Positions 52,075 through 64,000 of a DNA stretch of 64,000 nt are shown piece after piece; position 1 is the first letter of the stretch; every line of letters starts with the position of its first letter. The translations under genes were made by a program, and so were the position numbers. The stretch lies in the NCBI GenBank assembly GCA_950097015.1, contig CATNEN010000005.1:4030001-4094000 (forward strand). Direction: 5' to 3'. Source of the stretch: Macrostomum hystrix (Eukaryota > Animalia > Platyhelminthes). The notes below the pieces were generated by a model, which saw nothing but the letters and a program-made list of their open reading frames with translations, had not been told where the DNA came from and searched no databases.

Positions 52075-55000
52075 TTAATTGCAGTCCAAGCTGTTAAAAA
52101 AAAGTAACACAAAAGTGGGGAAAACAGAGAGCAGAAAATACAATTCTAGAATTAATTTGACGTCTGAATGAATTTTATCACACAAAAACTGACAATAAAC
52201 TCACCCGGCCGTTGACATCTCAGCACCGAAGCTGCTTCCACAGCCTAGCCTAGAATTCATGCCCGTTTTCAATCGATCAGCTGTACGCTTCAATCCGCTA
52301 GTCTCGGCCAGTTGTATAGCTGTTAGCCATAATTTACGGCACAATGGTATTAGTTGAAGGCCCCTCTCGAGCAGGTCCAATTGAGGTCGAATAGCGCCTA
52401 GATTAATTTCAATTTATTGAATTCGAATCAGGAGTCGGGGTTTAGTAGTCTTTTTTAAAGGATCAGTTTTCTAAATCAAGACTGTAGTGACACAACAAAG
52501 ACTTTTATGGTATAATATAAATCAGGACTGAAATTATAAAACAAATACTCTAACCGTAATGATGCTACAAAGACCAAGATTGTATTGATGTAACAAAAAC
52601 AAAGACTGTAATGAAGTAACAAAGACCAAGACGGTGATGATGTAACAAAGACCAAGACTGAATTGATGTAACAAAGACCAAGACTGTATTGATGTAACAA
52701 AGACAAAGGCTGTAATACTGTAACAAAGACCAAGACTAAGACCAAGACTAAAGAAAACTCATTTGATTAGGAGCAGAATTGACCCAATAGTCGTTAATAG
52801 ATAAAATAAAAACCAAACGAGATTTGACCAAAGCAAGTCCAACAAACCCGGATGAACAGATTGCACCAATCCTAAAGCCAAATCTAGCCAAAATTTCGGA
52901 TTAGTTGGCTGATGAAATCTGGCCGAGTCTAAGCACAGAGCGCAGGCGTCTTGCACACTATCGCAGGCTGACAATCCATTGCAGACCGATTGCAGCAATG
53001 GCAAACAATACGGGATTCGATTGGCCATGGCAACTAGTTCGCTTTGCACAGAGAATGGTGCAGAATCGTCATCTTGGTCGTCACTGTTCTGAATTCTGGT
53101 GTTTAATTGTTTCCAATCGATAGCATCAACGAATCTGGCGGCAGCGGTTGCTAACGAAGCCGGACAAGGCGCCCTTAGCAACGTCTTTAATTCTCGGCAT
53201 AAGGCATAAATAGTAGTAGCACTACTATTATCAGAGAGAATAGTTGCCAGATGTGTCAATAGATTAATACTAGCGCGATGCGACAAGCTAGATGTTAAAC
53301 TAATCAAAGATAATGTTGCTGGAGCGTCTAACAGTTTTCTTTGTTCAAGCAATCGAACATAGTTCACAGCGACAGTGAGCTGTGACTCTGGATCCATATC
53401 TGACACAGATCTAACAGGAGTTGATAGTTGACAATGCAAGGCTTCGTCTGTGTTTAATAAGCCAAGTAGATGACGATAATAAAGCAAACACTTGTCATTA
53501 TATTCTTTCGATTCTTTAACCTTTTGTCTATCTGGATAACAAGCAGAAATGGCCATGCTAAGCAGTGATTCAATTTCGTCACTGATTGAATCGTCAATTA
53601 GCCAATTGTCTAATCTCCAACGAACAGCCGAATGAGCCAAATCTGGCCAATGACTAACTGAAGCAGCACCACAACCGTGTAACAATTGAGTTAAACTACC
53701 GGCTGTGCTACCCGTATCAACAGTTGATAACCAATCTGGCAAGGCTGGTAGAAAGGCTCGCCTAACGGCTAATAGACGATAAATTGCTGATAGGCCGTTT
53801 AAATTGGCGCCATATTTGTAGGCTAAGCAGCGAGCTATTAGCAACAGTAGACAGTGACGAAACGGACAGATTGGTTCGGGTCCAATTAGCCAATCGCAGA
53901 TTGACGCTGTTAAGGCTTCCGGCTTGAAACTGTCGATTGATTGGATTGATTAAATTGATTGGATAGCTTTGATAACTTTATCAAACTAATGAATTGTTCC
54001 AATAAGCCTTTTTAGGAATCGAACATGTCTCGTATCCCACATGTCCCATATCTCATCATACGTTCTATCTCACCCGTGTCCTATCTCGCATCATATTTTC
54101 TATCTCACCCGTGCCTCATCTCTCATCACGTGACCTATCTCACCCATGTCTTATCTCTCATGTGTTCTATCTCACCCGTGTCTCATATCTCCTGTGTTCT
54201 ATCTCACCCGTGTCTCATCTCTATCACGTGACCTATCTTACCCGTGCCTTATCTCTCATCACGTGACCTATCTCACCCGTGTCTCATCTCTCATCACGTG
54301 ACCTATCTTACCCGTGCCTAATCCCTCACGACGTGACCTATCTTACCAGTGCCTAATCTCTCATCACGTGACCTATCTTACCCGTGCCTAATCCCTCACG
54401 ACGTGACCTATCTTACCAGTGCCTAATCTCTCATCACGTGACCTATCTTACCCGTGCCTAATCCCTCACAACGTGACCTATCTTACCCGTGCCTAATCCC
54501 TCACGACGTGACCTATCTTACCCGTGCCTAATCTCTCATCACGTGACCTATCTTACCCGTGCCTAATCTCTCATCACGTGACTTATCTTACCCGTGCCTC
54601 ATCCCTCACCACGTGACCTATCTTACCCGTGCCTCATCTCTCATCACGTGACCTATATTACCCGTGTCTCTTCTCCCAGTGGCAGTATTAAAGTGGTTCA
54701 GTAGCAAACTAAGGATTGTCCTAGCAATCATAAGGTCGCAATATAAAGGTTTTCTAGGAATCATTGAACACTTACCGATCCTCACAAGAATCGTCATCGC
54801 ATTTCTCATCAGTATCAGAACTGACTGATTGAAAAACACCGGCAGCCACTAGGATCTGGCGCAGACCAGTTACTAATTTAGTCGGCTTCAATTCGAAGAA
54901 AATTGGCAACTCCGCCAATATAGCGGTATCGGAGATCAACGAAGTTGTTGGCAGTTCTGGCGGCTCGCCAGTTAGTATCAAATACAATCGACAGAGTTGG

Positions 55001-58000
55001 AGAAAAGCGGCGTGACTTTTCGACATACTAGACGGCGGACCAGTTGGCCAGATTTGTTGCAGACAGACCTCGTTGTCATTTTTATGCAGTGGCGCAGCCA
55101 AGTACAATAATCGACAATGCGACAAAGCCAGCTGTAGCAAATCAAAAGTATCAGCCGAATTTAATAATTCAGGCAAAGCGAAAGAAAACTCTAGTAATTG
55201 ACGCTGGCCAGTATAATCCAATTGTAGGCGAATAGCTCGACGCACAATGCCACAATTTGGTACGCGATTAAGCAAGGTCTTCAACAAAGCTACTGGCACG
55301 GGTCGTTTAGCTAATCTTCGCAATTCTAAACTATGCAATACTAGGCCTACATGATTAGGATATTGGCCAGTGATGCGATTGGCGAATGCTTCGGCCGCCG
55401 TTATGCAGTCACGACTGTCGGATGACTTTGACTGCCTGTGGATAAATTATTTGGGATAAATTGCTTTAAAAACCTTTTTTAATCAATTGATATCGTCACC
55501 AATGTTTAAGAATTTTGACTTGTTAATATTACTTCACTGTTTCTAAGAATGTCTGACGCTTGTATATTCCTCTTACGGATTAAAAAATATCATACTTTTA
55601 TAATCCCATCTTAGAATGTCTCACTGTTTCTTAGAATCTCACTGTTTCTTAGAATGTCTCACTGTTTCTTGGAATGTCTCACTGTTTCTTAGAATGTCTC
55701 ACTGTTTCTTAGAATTTCTCACTGTTTCTTAGAATGTCTCACTGTTTCTTAGAATGTCTCACTGTTTCTGATAATTTCTCACTGTTTCTTAGAATATCTC
55801 ACTGTTTCTTAGAATGTCTCACTGTTTCTTAGAATTTCTCACTGTTTCTTACAATGTCTCACTGTTTCTTAGACTGTCTCACTGTTTCTTAGAATGTCTC
55901 ACTGTTTCTTAGAAGGTCTCACTGTTTCTAAGAATATCTAAAATTTCCAAATTTTACTCTTTGTTTCTTAGAATGTCAGAAATTTTCACATTCTACTCAT
56001 CGTTCCTAAGAATTTCTGACTTAAGAATATTTCTGTCATTTACTAAAAAATAACATTTCCATACCAATTCACAATAATATCTGACAGATTTGCAACAATC
56101 AATCAATTGAAAATCTAACCTAATCCGAAGCCGACAAAGAAAATGATGCAGCACAGCTATAGCCTGCTCAGGTGAGTCTATGGCTGACTGGCAGGATTCG
56201 CAGCGCGGATCGTCGCGCAAATGAGCTCCGCTAACTGTGACATATTTCTCGCAGGCGTCGCAGAAATCTTTAACAGACACGCTGCTACTATTATTATTGT
56301 TAGGTGCTACTCGTCGATGAATAGTACTTGTAGTAGCAATCGTTGCAGAAACTGCTTGAGTAGTAGTAGCAGAAGTGGTTAGCAATCCAGTTAAAGTGGA
56401 AGTAGAATTGACAGAATTCGGCCTGCCTCTGTTAGCATGCTCCGGTTGGCGCCAATCAATTAGATGCTGATATTCGCAAGCAGGATCGCGACAAGAGCCG
56501 TGCAAGCCAAACGGGCACAGCGGAATAAACGGATCCAACGGACCTGACATTGTGCTAGGCGTAGGGGGACAAACTCTACGTAGTAGATTAGACTCGTTTA
56601 GTGCGGCTAAAACGCGCGATTCCCTTGCTCGAAAAGCTGTCTGCCTAGCTCGAAGACTTCGTTGCTCTTTGGCTGCGATTAGTTCTAAACGACGAAGTTC
56701 GGCGTCAGCAGCCATGGAACGCTTGCGCAACTGGGCGCACAGTTCTAGGGCTCTTCTGGTGTCTTGGCGCAGTCTGGTCAACAGAAGAATGTTAAGGTTT
56801 GATGAATTTTATCTGTCGAACAGATATTGCAATTACTGCGACTTAAACTGTGAGATACTCTGGGATAAAATATGAATTCGGAATGGGAGATACTTAAATA
56901 GGGATAATAGAGGAGCTGAGACTCGGAGATACTTAGACAGGGATAATAGAGGAACTGAGACTCGGAGATACTTAAAAACAATAGAGGAACTGAGACTCGG
57001 AGATACTTAGACAGGGATAATAGAGGAACTGAGACTCGGAGAGACTTAGAAATAATAGAGGAACTGAGACTCGGAGATACTTAGACAGGGATAATAGAGG
57101 AACTGAGACTCGGAGAGACTTAGAAATAATAGAGGAACTGAGACTCGGAGATACTTAGACAGGGATAATAGAGGAACTGAGACTCGGAGAGACTTAGACA
57201 GGGATAATAGAGGAGCTGAGACTCGGAGATACTTAGACAGGGATAATAGAGGAACTGAGACTTTAAGATACTTAATTTATTAAATATTAGTGCTAAATAC
57301 TGCACTAACCTTACTGCGGCGGTTCGCTTTTCAGCCAATTCGGTCAATTTCTCAGTTAATTTTGCCTGTCTCTGTTGTAATTCTTGTCTATCTGCAGCCA
57401 GGCCGGCTCTTAATTTACTAGCTCCGGCGCGAACGCTGTGTCTGAGAGACTGCAAACGGGCTCGATCGTCGACAACGACAACCGAAGGAGGCGGCGGCGG
57501 AGGCGGGGCTTCCGATTCTGATTCGGAAGATTCCGAAGAACTTTCTGAAGAAGTATCGCCAATGCAGATAACAAATCTACGAGAAACAGACGTAGTCGTA
57601 CCAGCTGTAGAATTGTTACTATTTTGACTGACGCTTTTATTTCGATTTTGCAATTCTGAAGAACTTAAACCTACTACTCGACGACGTTGGCCACTAGTTT
57701 TGGATTGAGTTTGAGATATAAATGCTGACGGAATCGTTGTCAGGTTTGGTGCTGATGCAACTGATGAAAGAACTTGAGGCTGCAATTCGACTAAATCTTC
57801 TGCTACTGCTAAAGAAACACCGTCTAATTCTGCAGTTTTTGTTTCTGAAGCAAATTGAACCTTTGCTGTTTTATTATTAGCTGGCTTACTAATTACACTT
57901 TCAGATATTGAAATTGGAATTGACTGCTTAGAAACTTGCTGTTGATTTTGCTTATTCACATCTGACATTGGTGCGAGCTGACTATGCGTGGTTTCTTCAA

Positions 58001-59014
58001 CAGCAGACTTCGCTACTCCAATCGCTACTGCAATCGGTGGCTCCTCAGTAGCTTGATCTATTTCAGCATTATCACTGACCGGCGTGTCAAATCCTACATG
58101 GTGCGACTCTTGCACAGACAATGATGAGCCAATAGTCGCGACATCAAATTTAGCAGAAGCTCTGGATCGCAAATTACTAATCAATATTTCGCGTAAAGCT
58201 AATAATTCTTCTTCGTCATCGGCATCTTGCGAATTGACATCCGCATTAGCTTCCTCCTCTTCTTCAGCAACAGCCTCCTGAATGCTGTCTAGAACTTCTT
58301 CGCATTCGTCAACAACAACCCATTCAGCTAAGTCGGCAATGCGAGTTAGTTCATCGCTAAAATCGTCGTTTAACACATTCTGCTCTCCAGAATTACTGCT
58401 TGCAGACTGGAGCTCGCCATCTTCGACTTCGTCGACAATTTTCTGCAAAGCCGGATTAGCGCTAAGAAGCTCAACGTCCATCAGCAGGGCGGCGTCCATA
58501 TCGTTATCTGGCATTGGAGTCGACGGAGAATCAACTATGTCCATATCGTCGTCTTCTTCTTTCTCACGTCTTTTTTGCCGTAAGTCTTTGTCGACACAGA
58601 CTGTTGGAATGGTAGAAGAAGCGGTAGCAGCAGCCGATTGTGCACGCCTAGCTCTAGCACTCTCGAGGGCAGCTTCGCGCAGTTTTAACAAATCCGCGTC
58701 GCTTTCAATATAGAAATCGCATCGGCTGCTATGGTTACTATTGTCGTCTTCAGAGAAGATCTCGCCTTCGTCGGATATTTCTGGCAGCGGTTCGGGATTG
58801 CCGTCATCGATGTCACACAGGGCGGGCAGTGGCAGAGATGGATCATAGGCTGCTGTTGACATTGTTGAATCTTCCACGCGTGAAGTGAGCAAAGTTGAGG
58901 CAGGTTTTGAGTCAAGGTCTTCAACTTGAAGTATATTGTGTACAAAGAAAAAAAATGATGAGTTACTTTACCTAGCATTCTGCTCTTTAAATTTGCCTCG
59001 TCATCCACATCCAT
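52075..59014 (-). CDS. ZFC3H1: ZFC3H1-like zinc-finger/HAT-repeat protein (PAXT exosome adaptor), 7 exons
   Basis: complement join(58972..59014,57310..58924,56120..56773,54776..55435,~52830..53929,52205..52397,52075..52090); exon 5 donor unresolved. Acidic low-complexity N-terminus, coiled coil, zf-C3H1 PFIPLCPFGLHGSCRDPACEYQHL, helical C-terminus with HAT-like LLERGLQLIPLCRKLWL. Confidence 0.75.
52560..52755. repeat. About 27-bp minisatellite in ZFC3H1-like intron 5
   Basis: Unit approximately GATGTAACAAAGACCAAGACTGTATT. Confidence 0.85.
54025..54670. repeat. 35-bp minisatellite in ZFC3H1-like intron 4
   Basis: Unit CACGTGACCTATCTTACCCGTGCCTAATCTCTCAT. Confidence 0.95.
55610..55980. repeat. 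20-bp minisatellite in ZFC3H1-like intron 3
   Basis: Unit TCTCACTGTTTCTTAGAATG. Confidence 0.95.
56860..57270. repeat. 39-bp minisatellite in ZFC3H1-like intron 2
   Basis: Unit GAGATACTTAGACAGGGATAATAGAGGAACTGAGACTCG. Confidence 0.95.
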
Positions 59015-60701
59015 GCAAGCTAATTAGTGTTGTCAGTGCTGTTAGATTTGGTTTACATGGCTAAAATTTGAAAAAAAAACAAAAGCCTGTCAGCAAAAAA
59101 AAATTGTTGCTTAAAAAGAACAATAGTTAGCATACTTGATAACTAGATAACAAAAGTCATACTTCAGACTTGCACAATGCTTCTGCCACATAATACCATA
59201 GCATTAACTTTCTTTTTTTAAATTGTGACTATTTAAGTCATTATTATTCCTTGTATTAATTATCATCAGTAAAAACAAATAAAAGGCTTAAAAATCATAT
59301 CTATACCCTATCCTTAAAACCAAATTGAAAGTAATGACTCTTTATAGGGATAGGGATATATGGATGGCTATGATGAGACACTATATAAATTAAATAAATC
59401 AAGGATTTCATAGTTTTTGAAAAACTTTTCCAACTGCCAACAATGGGAACTCTTAAATTCGGGTATTAAGGACTACAAAAAGGATTTTACAGAATTTGTA
59501 AAGACACTTAAGACTGCCTGCAATGAGAAATAAAAATTCTAAAGTTGGTGCTTGGGACTCAAGACTTAAAAGAACTTTCAATGCTATATTCAAATTGTTG
59601 GGTTTGGGTTTTTCCTATCTGTTGACTCTTGTTGGGATATAAAGATAGACAGGTCACATGATTTATAACAAAGGCAGTTATTTAGACTAACTACAATAGA
59701 AACTCTTAACTTCTTGCTGTAGCATTAAGGACTCAAGCTCTGAAGATTTCAATGGCACATACATGTTATGGGATGGTAAGGGGGTTTTGATGGGTACCTG
59801 GATGATGATCTGTCCAATATCTCAGAGGGTGGATGACAAAGAGACTTAGACTTGTGGACACTTCATTATCTATAAAACAAAAGTTTTTAAAGTTAAAACA
59901 GATCTACCCCTCCTCACATTGTGTTTGCACCTATTTTTCAACTTAAATAATGAAATCAGTTTGACACCTCTTTTTGACAATTTAGAGTGTGAAGTGTGTT
60001 CACACCTCTGCCCCACTACCCCACCCTCACTTTATTGATGACAGACTTGATTGTTTGTTATTAGTAGATGACAAACTGACCAAACTTTAAAGCATGCCAA
60101 TTGGCTGGATGACAAAGTGTCCTACCTTCAAAGTGGATGACCAAGTTGTAAGATGATGAAGTGTCTAGGATCCATTTTGACATAGCTTTGCAACCATGTC
60201 AAAACTCACAAATACAACCTCAACTCTGAGAAAATACTTAACTCTGAGATATGGTATTGTGCAAACAACAATGTGCTAACTGTGTGACACAATGTGAAGT
60301 AGGGGCACAAAAAGCCCCACTTGTCAAATGGAGAAATGCTGAAGCAAATAAGGAGACGAATATAAATATCTTGCCTGATGCTTATGCTTACAAAGAACAA
60401 GAAGCAGGTCATACAAAAGAAAAACTGAAGGTGCAGAAAAAAGCCTAATGTTATGGGAAATTATGGAAATTTTATAGTTACAGAAACCATAAGGCAATAT
60501 TGATTATGCATATGGATAGGGCTAAGCTAGGCTAAAGGAAAACTTTGGAGATGTCAGATATGGATATGGTACTCTAAAAAAAACATCAAACAAAAAAATA
60601 AATAGGGATATAGTTAATAATGGCATGTACAATTACATTTATTAAAATTAAACAGTTGTTATAACTTATAAGTTATAAATAGGCTAGCCATTAACCATGA
60701 A

Positions 60702-61257
60702 CCATAGTCCAGATCATATCGTTTATGCCGGAGATCTCCGGCGTAAAACTGGTTTGGGATCTGAGGCTAGTGTAAGTGCTTGGCGTAAGTATAGGCCAAA
60801 ATGTGCCTTGGTGTAAGTGCTTGGCATAAGTACATGGCATAAATCAAGTGGCGTAAATGTTAGCACAAATGAGATCATTCACGATCAAATGTATCACTAT
60901 AGAACATAACACATTTGCGTTAATTATGATGTTAAGGAGCAGCATTAAAACAAAGTTCATTAAAATATTGCAGTTCATATAAATGAGATAGCAGAATATC
61001 TATTGTAGGATAGCAAAAGTTTTTTTAGCTTTAAGATGCTTACTTTGATACTTGATTCAGAATTTGCAACTTGTGAGAATTTTAAACAGTTGCAACTTCT
61101 GAATTTAATTAATCACCAATTAACAAGAATTGTGAAGGACCTTTTTTTGGGTGGCGTAAGTCAGAGGGACCTTTTTTGGTTGGCGTAAGTCTGGCGTAAG
61201 TGCCAAAAATTGTTGGATTTTTCCTCCGGCGTAAGTCCAGCATGATCTGGACTATGG
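60702..61257. mobile_element. MITE with 16-bp TIRs and 8-bp TSD (hAT- or P-type)
   Basis: TIR CCATAGTCCAGATCAT (60702-60717; inverse 61242-61257). TSD ACCATGAA (60694-60701, 61258-61265). Repeated subterminal GGCGTAAG motifs. Confidence 0.88.
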
Positions 61258-62514
61258 ACCATGAATGTTGAACTAAATATTGTCATTTTTATGTAATTGG
61301 TTTTTTTCATATAATGGTGACCAAGGAAACGAAATAACAATTTTCTTAGCTTAAAAAATATAGATTAGCTAAGTCATTGAATTTGTACTAAAAATGTGAC
61401 AGGTAAAAATGATTTTGTGCATATTGAATATTGATAGGCCTACTGTCATTTTGCACAATATTTAAAACATGAATCATGAAAATCTTTAGAATTGCAACTT
61501 TGCTTGGATGCATTTTGGCAAATGGCCTTTTACTATACGTTTATTACTAACTAGGATAGTGATAAGAGCCGGGAGGCATTGCACCACTACCCACTAGTTA
61601 ATTTTATTTCGTTTTAGACTTAAAGTACTAGTCGGACGCCGCGCATTGCAACCCATCAAGCCAATAAATATAAGCAGGTCAGATCAAGAACGACTATTTA
61701 CACTTGATATTTGAGAAAAATCGAATTTGCTGAGAAAGTAATTTATTCGAGCTGAAATTAATTTGATAGTTTCGAAGAGTTCACATCACGTCACATCACT
61801 ACTTTAATTAATAAATTAACAGTTTTCAAACCAACAACCTATAGTCTTGCAAGTAGTTAAACAAAGACAATGCAAACGTGTTAATTCCTATTCTTATTTT
61901 TTAAGCTTTGGTCATTTTTTTATATTTATTATTTTGATTTTATCTTTAAAACACATAATATGAACATAATCGGTTTTAGAAAATATACGATCCGGACGCG
62001 AATGATGTTCAATTTCCTTTTACTTGTGATCAAAAGGGCTGCCAATCTACACAGATCAAATGACAAATAATTAATAAAAAGCTAATGCATTCTTCTAGTT
62101 CCTTTGGAAGTTCCTTTGGTAGGCTTTTCATGCACGTGGGGCCGTCACGGAAATGAAATTTTTTGTTAAAAAAACGAATTTTTGAAGAATTTTCGAGTCA
62201 TCTGGCCGCTCTAGATAGTTATTCGTTTCATGATTTTTTCTTTTTTTCTGCAAACGAGCCCTTAAAGTACATTCGGAAAACCAGAAAACTGAGCTAATGC
62301 TGAAGGTATTATAGGTTCGTGCAAGTTTTTCTTAGAAAGTTGAAATAAAAATTGATGCACGAATTAAGGATCAAAGCTATATTTAACGAGTTCTTGCATT
62401 TCACAGTTTAATAAGTTTTAAATAAATAGATAAATTTGCTACTATATTTACGATTTGCAGGATTTCATATCGCGTGCATATCAAATCCATATAGCTACGT
62501 AAAAGTGCGGTAAT

Positions 62515-63329
62515 TCATGATTCAGCTGGACTACAATCCTGCTGTGAAACCTCCGTGTTACATTCTTTAGCGGCGTTGTTGCTGAAAAAGCCGAAGTTTG
62601 CTTTGATTGCGTCCACTTCAGATTCTTGCAGTCCGATTTGAGTCAGATACTGTTCGACAGTTCCATACCTGAAATCAATGGTTATTTGCTGGATTTAACT
62701 ATTTTCAACCTTAAAAACAACTTAAGAGGGCTTTAATGCAGAAAAATATTTATTAACTGCGCCAGGTTAATTTAGCGCAATATAATGTTGCTTAAAATTT
62801 AATCTAGAAATTATAAATTACCAATCGAACTTCTAACTTTTCAAAAAAGCTTGAAATATGAATATTTTCGGCATTATAACATTTTCGATTCTTCTATAAA
62901 AGAGGAAAAAAATAGTCATCCTAAAAATTTAGTTTAGCTCACCTCACTGGCTAAAACAGGTGTCTAAAACCACACAAAATTCAGCTTGGCTGTAGAGTAT
63001 AGAGAATCTAGTCAGCTTTTTACTAAAATAAACATTTTTAAAATGCGTTGCACGATATGCAAGTTATCAGTGCAGTTTTTCTCCTGCCCATATTAGTCTA
63101 TAGAATGTGGCATGGGTTAGGCGGGGAGAATTGTCTATCCAGTTTCTATATTCAGAGCCCCATGGTTGTATAAAAATAACGACATGAAAACTTGTCAAAA
63201 AGCTCACCGGTTTCTAATCCAGGCAATAACTTCCTTGATGAGCTCCTTTGGGCACCTGGCGCATTCAGGTGGCATCCTTGCCGTTAGAATTTTAGCTTCA
63301 ATCTCGGGCAAAAAACGCGCGATGTGAAC
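62515..63329 (-). CDS. 3' exons of a probable IphP-like (Y_phosphatase3-type) protein tyrosine/serine phosphatase; 5' part beyond window
   Basis: complement join(63208..63329,62515..62668), not in the ORF track. Spliced product VHIARFLPEIEAKILTARMPPECARCPKELIKEVIAWIRNR|YGTVEQYLTQIGLQESEVDAIKANF; the YG.VE.YL..IG motif matches the C-terminus of this family. Catalytic motif not in the window. Confidence 0.6.
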
Positions 63330-63584
63330 CTACAAGCAGAAAGGAATTGTTAGACACTCGAGGCGAATAACGAGAAATTCGTGCAGATTTTTACATTGAG
63401 ACAGATTTTCTATAGAGTTTCTCGGCTGGCCGGAATTTCTTTCAGATCAAATGCCAACCCCTGTTTAGCTTTTGGACTCTAGTATTGTGACAGCCAGATA
63501 TGTTACAATAAATGTTATGGGAGACGTTGCGTACTGTGGGTTAGATTAAAATAATTATTTTGACATTACTTTTGACTACACTTG

Positions 63585-63781
63585 ACTGTTCAGTCCATGG
63601 ACTGGGGGGACGCCACACCCACCCTCGATTATCTTAATTAGCTAACAGCTGGGTGAACTGACGCCATGTAGAGTTCAAGTGTCTTGCTAAAGGACATAAA
63701 TTCTTCCAGTGGAGTCGGGAATCGAACCCCCGACCTTTCAGTCGTGAGTCCGACGCTAACCACTAGGCTAACCACGGCTCC
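63585..63781 (-). mobile_element. tRNA-derived SINE family B
   Basis: TAGCCTAGTGGTTAG A box, GGTTCGATTCC B box, family B core and tail. Confidence 0.82.
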
Positions 63782-64000
63782 CGGTAATGGCGCCCATGCT
63801 CATGCGCCATCAAGTGAATAATTTAATTTAATGAAAACTGTCGAAAGTGGATTAAACTATATAAACCTTGACAAGAATTTTCCATTTCGTTTTACATCTC
63901 TAAGCACCGCAGCTTTTAATTAAGATTACCATAGTGGAGCGCCCATTCAACCGAAAATTGTGATCTTTTGGTAAATGATCCGTTTTGATAGCCAATTAAA

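Noticed and set aside
59780-60175. Possible MITE with GACACTTCAT inverted motifs
   Set aside because: Match too short and no TSD identifiable.
61560-61660. Possible Helitron 3' ends (CTAG near GC-rich stems)
   Set aside because: Hairpins unconvincing and no matching 5' end located.

Overview
Eukaryotic (animal) genomic DNA with AT-rich noncoding sequence, spliceosomal introns and polyQ-rich proteins. The combination of minisatellite-filled introns and tightly clustered co-oriented genes resembles free-living flatworms of the genus Macrostomum; this taxon is an inference, not shown. Plus-strand genes: RPL4, a 7-exon neurabin/spinophilin, RPS7, and an AQP11/12-type aquaporin. Minus-strand genes, in transcription order: 3' end of an IphP-like tyrosine phosphatase, ZFC3H1-like, ASTE1-like, CNEP1R1, and an SRSF4/5/6-like SR protein. 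Mobile DNA: an internally deleted Helitron with a nested hAT-type MITE, other MITE/foldback elements, MULE and probable Merlin transposase relics, and two tRNA-derived SINE families. Best leads: (1) operon-like clusters with orphan splice acceptors, where the aquaporin (and possibly CNEP1R1) could take its start codon from a spliced-leader AUG; (2) about 20 mostly locus-specific minisatellites sitting almost only in RNA that is spliced out; (3) two arrays of one family in inverted orientation that exactly bracket the CNEP1R1 cistron. All exon coordinates were derived by hand from reading frame and GT/AG phase and need RNA-seq confirmation.
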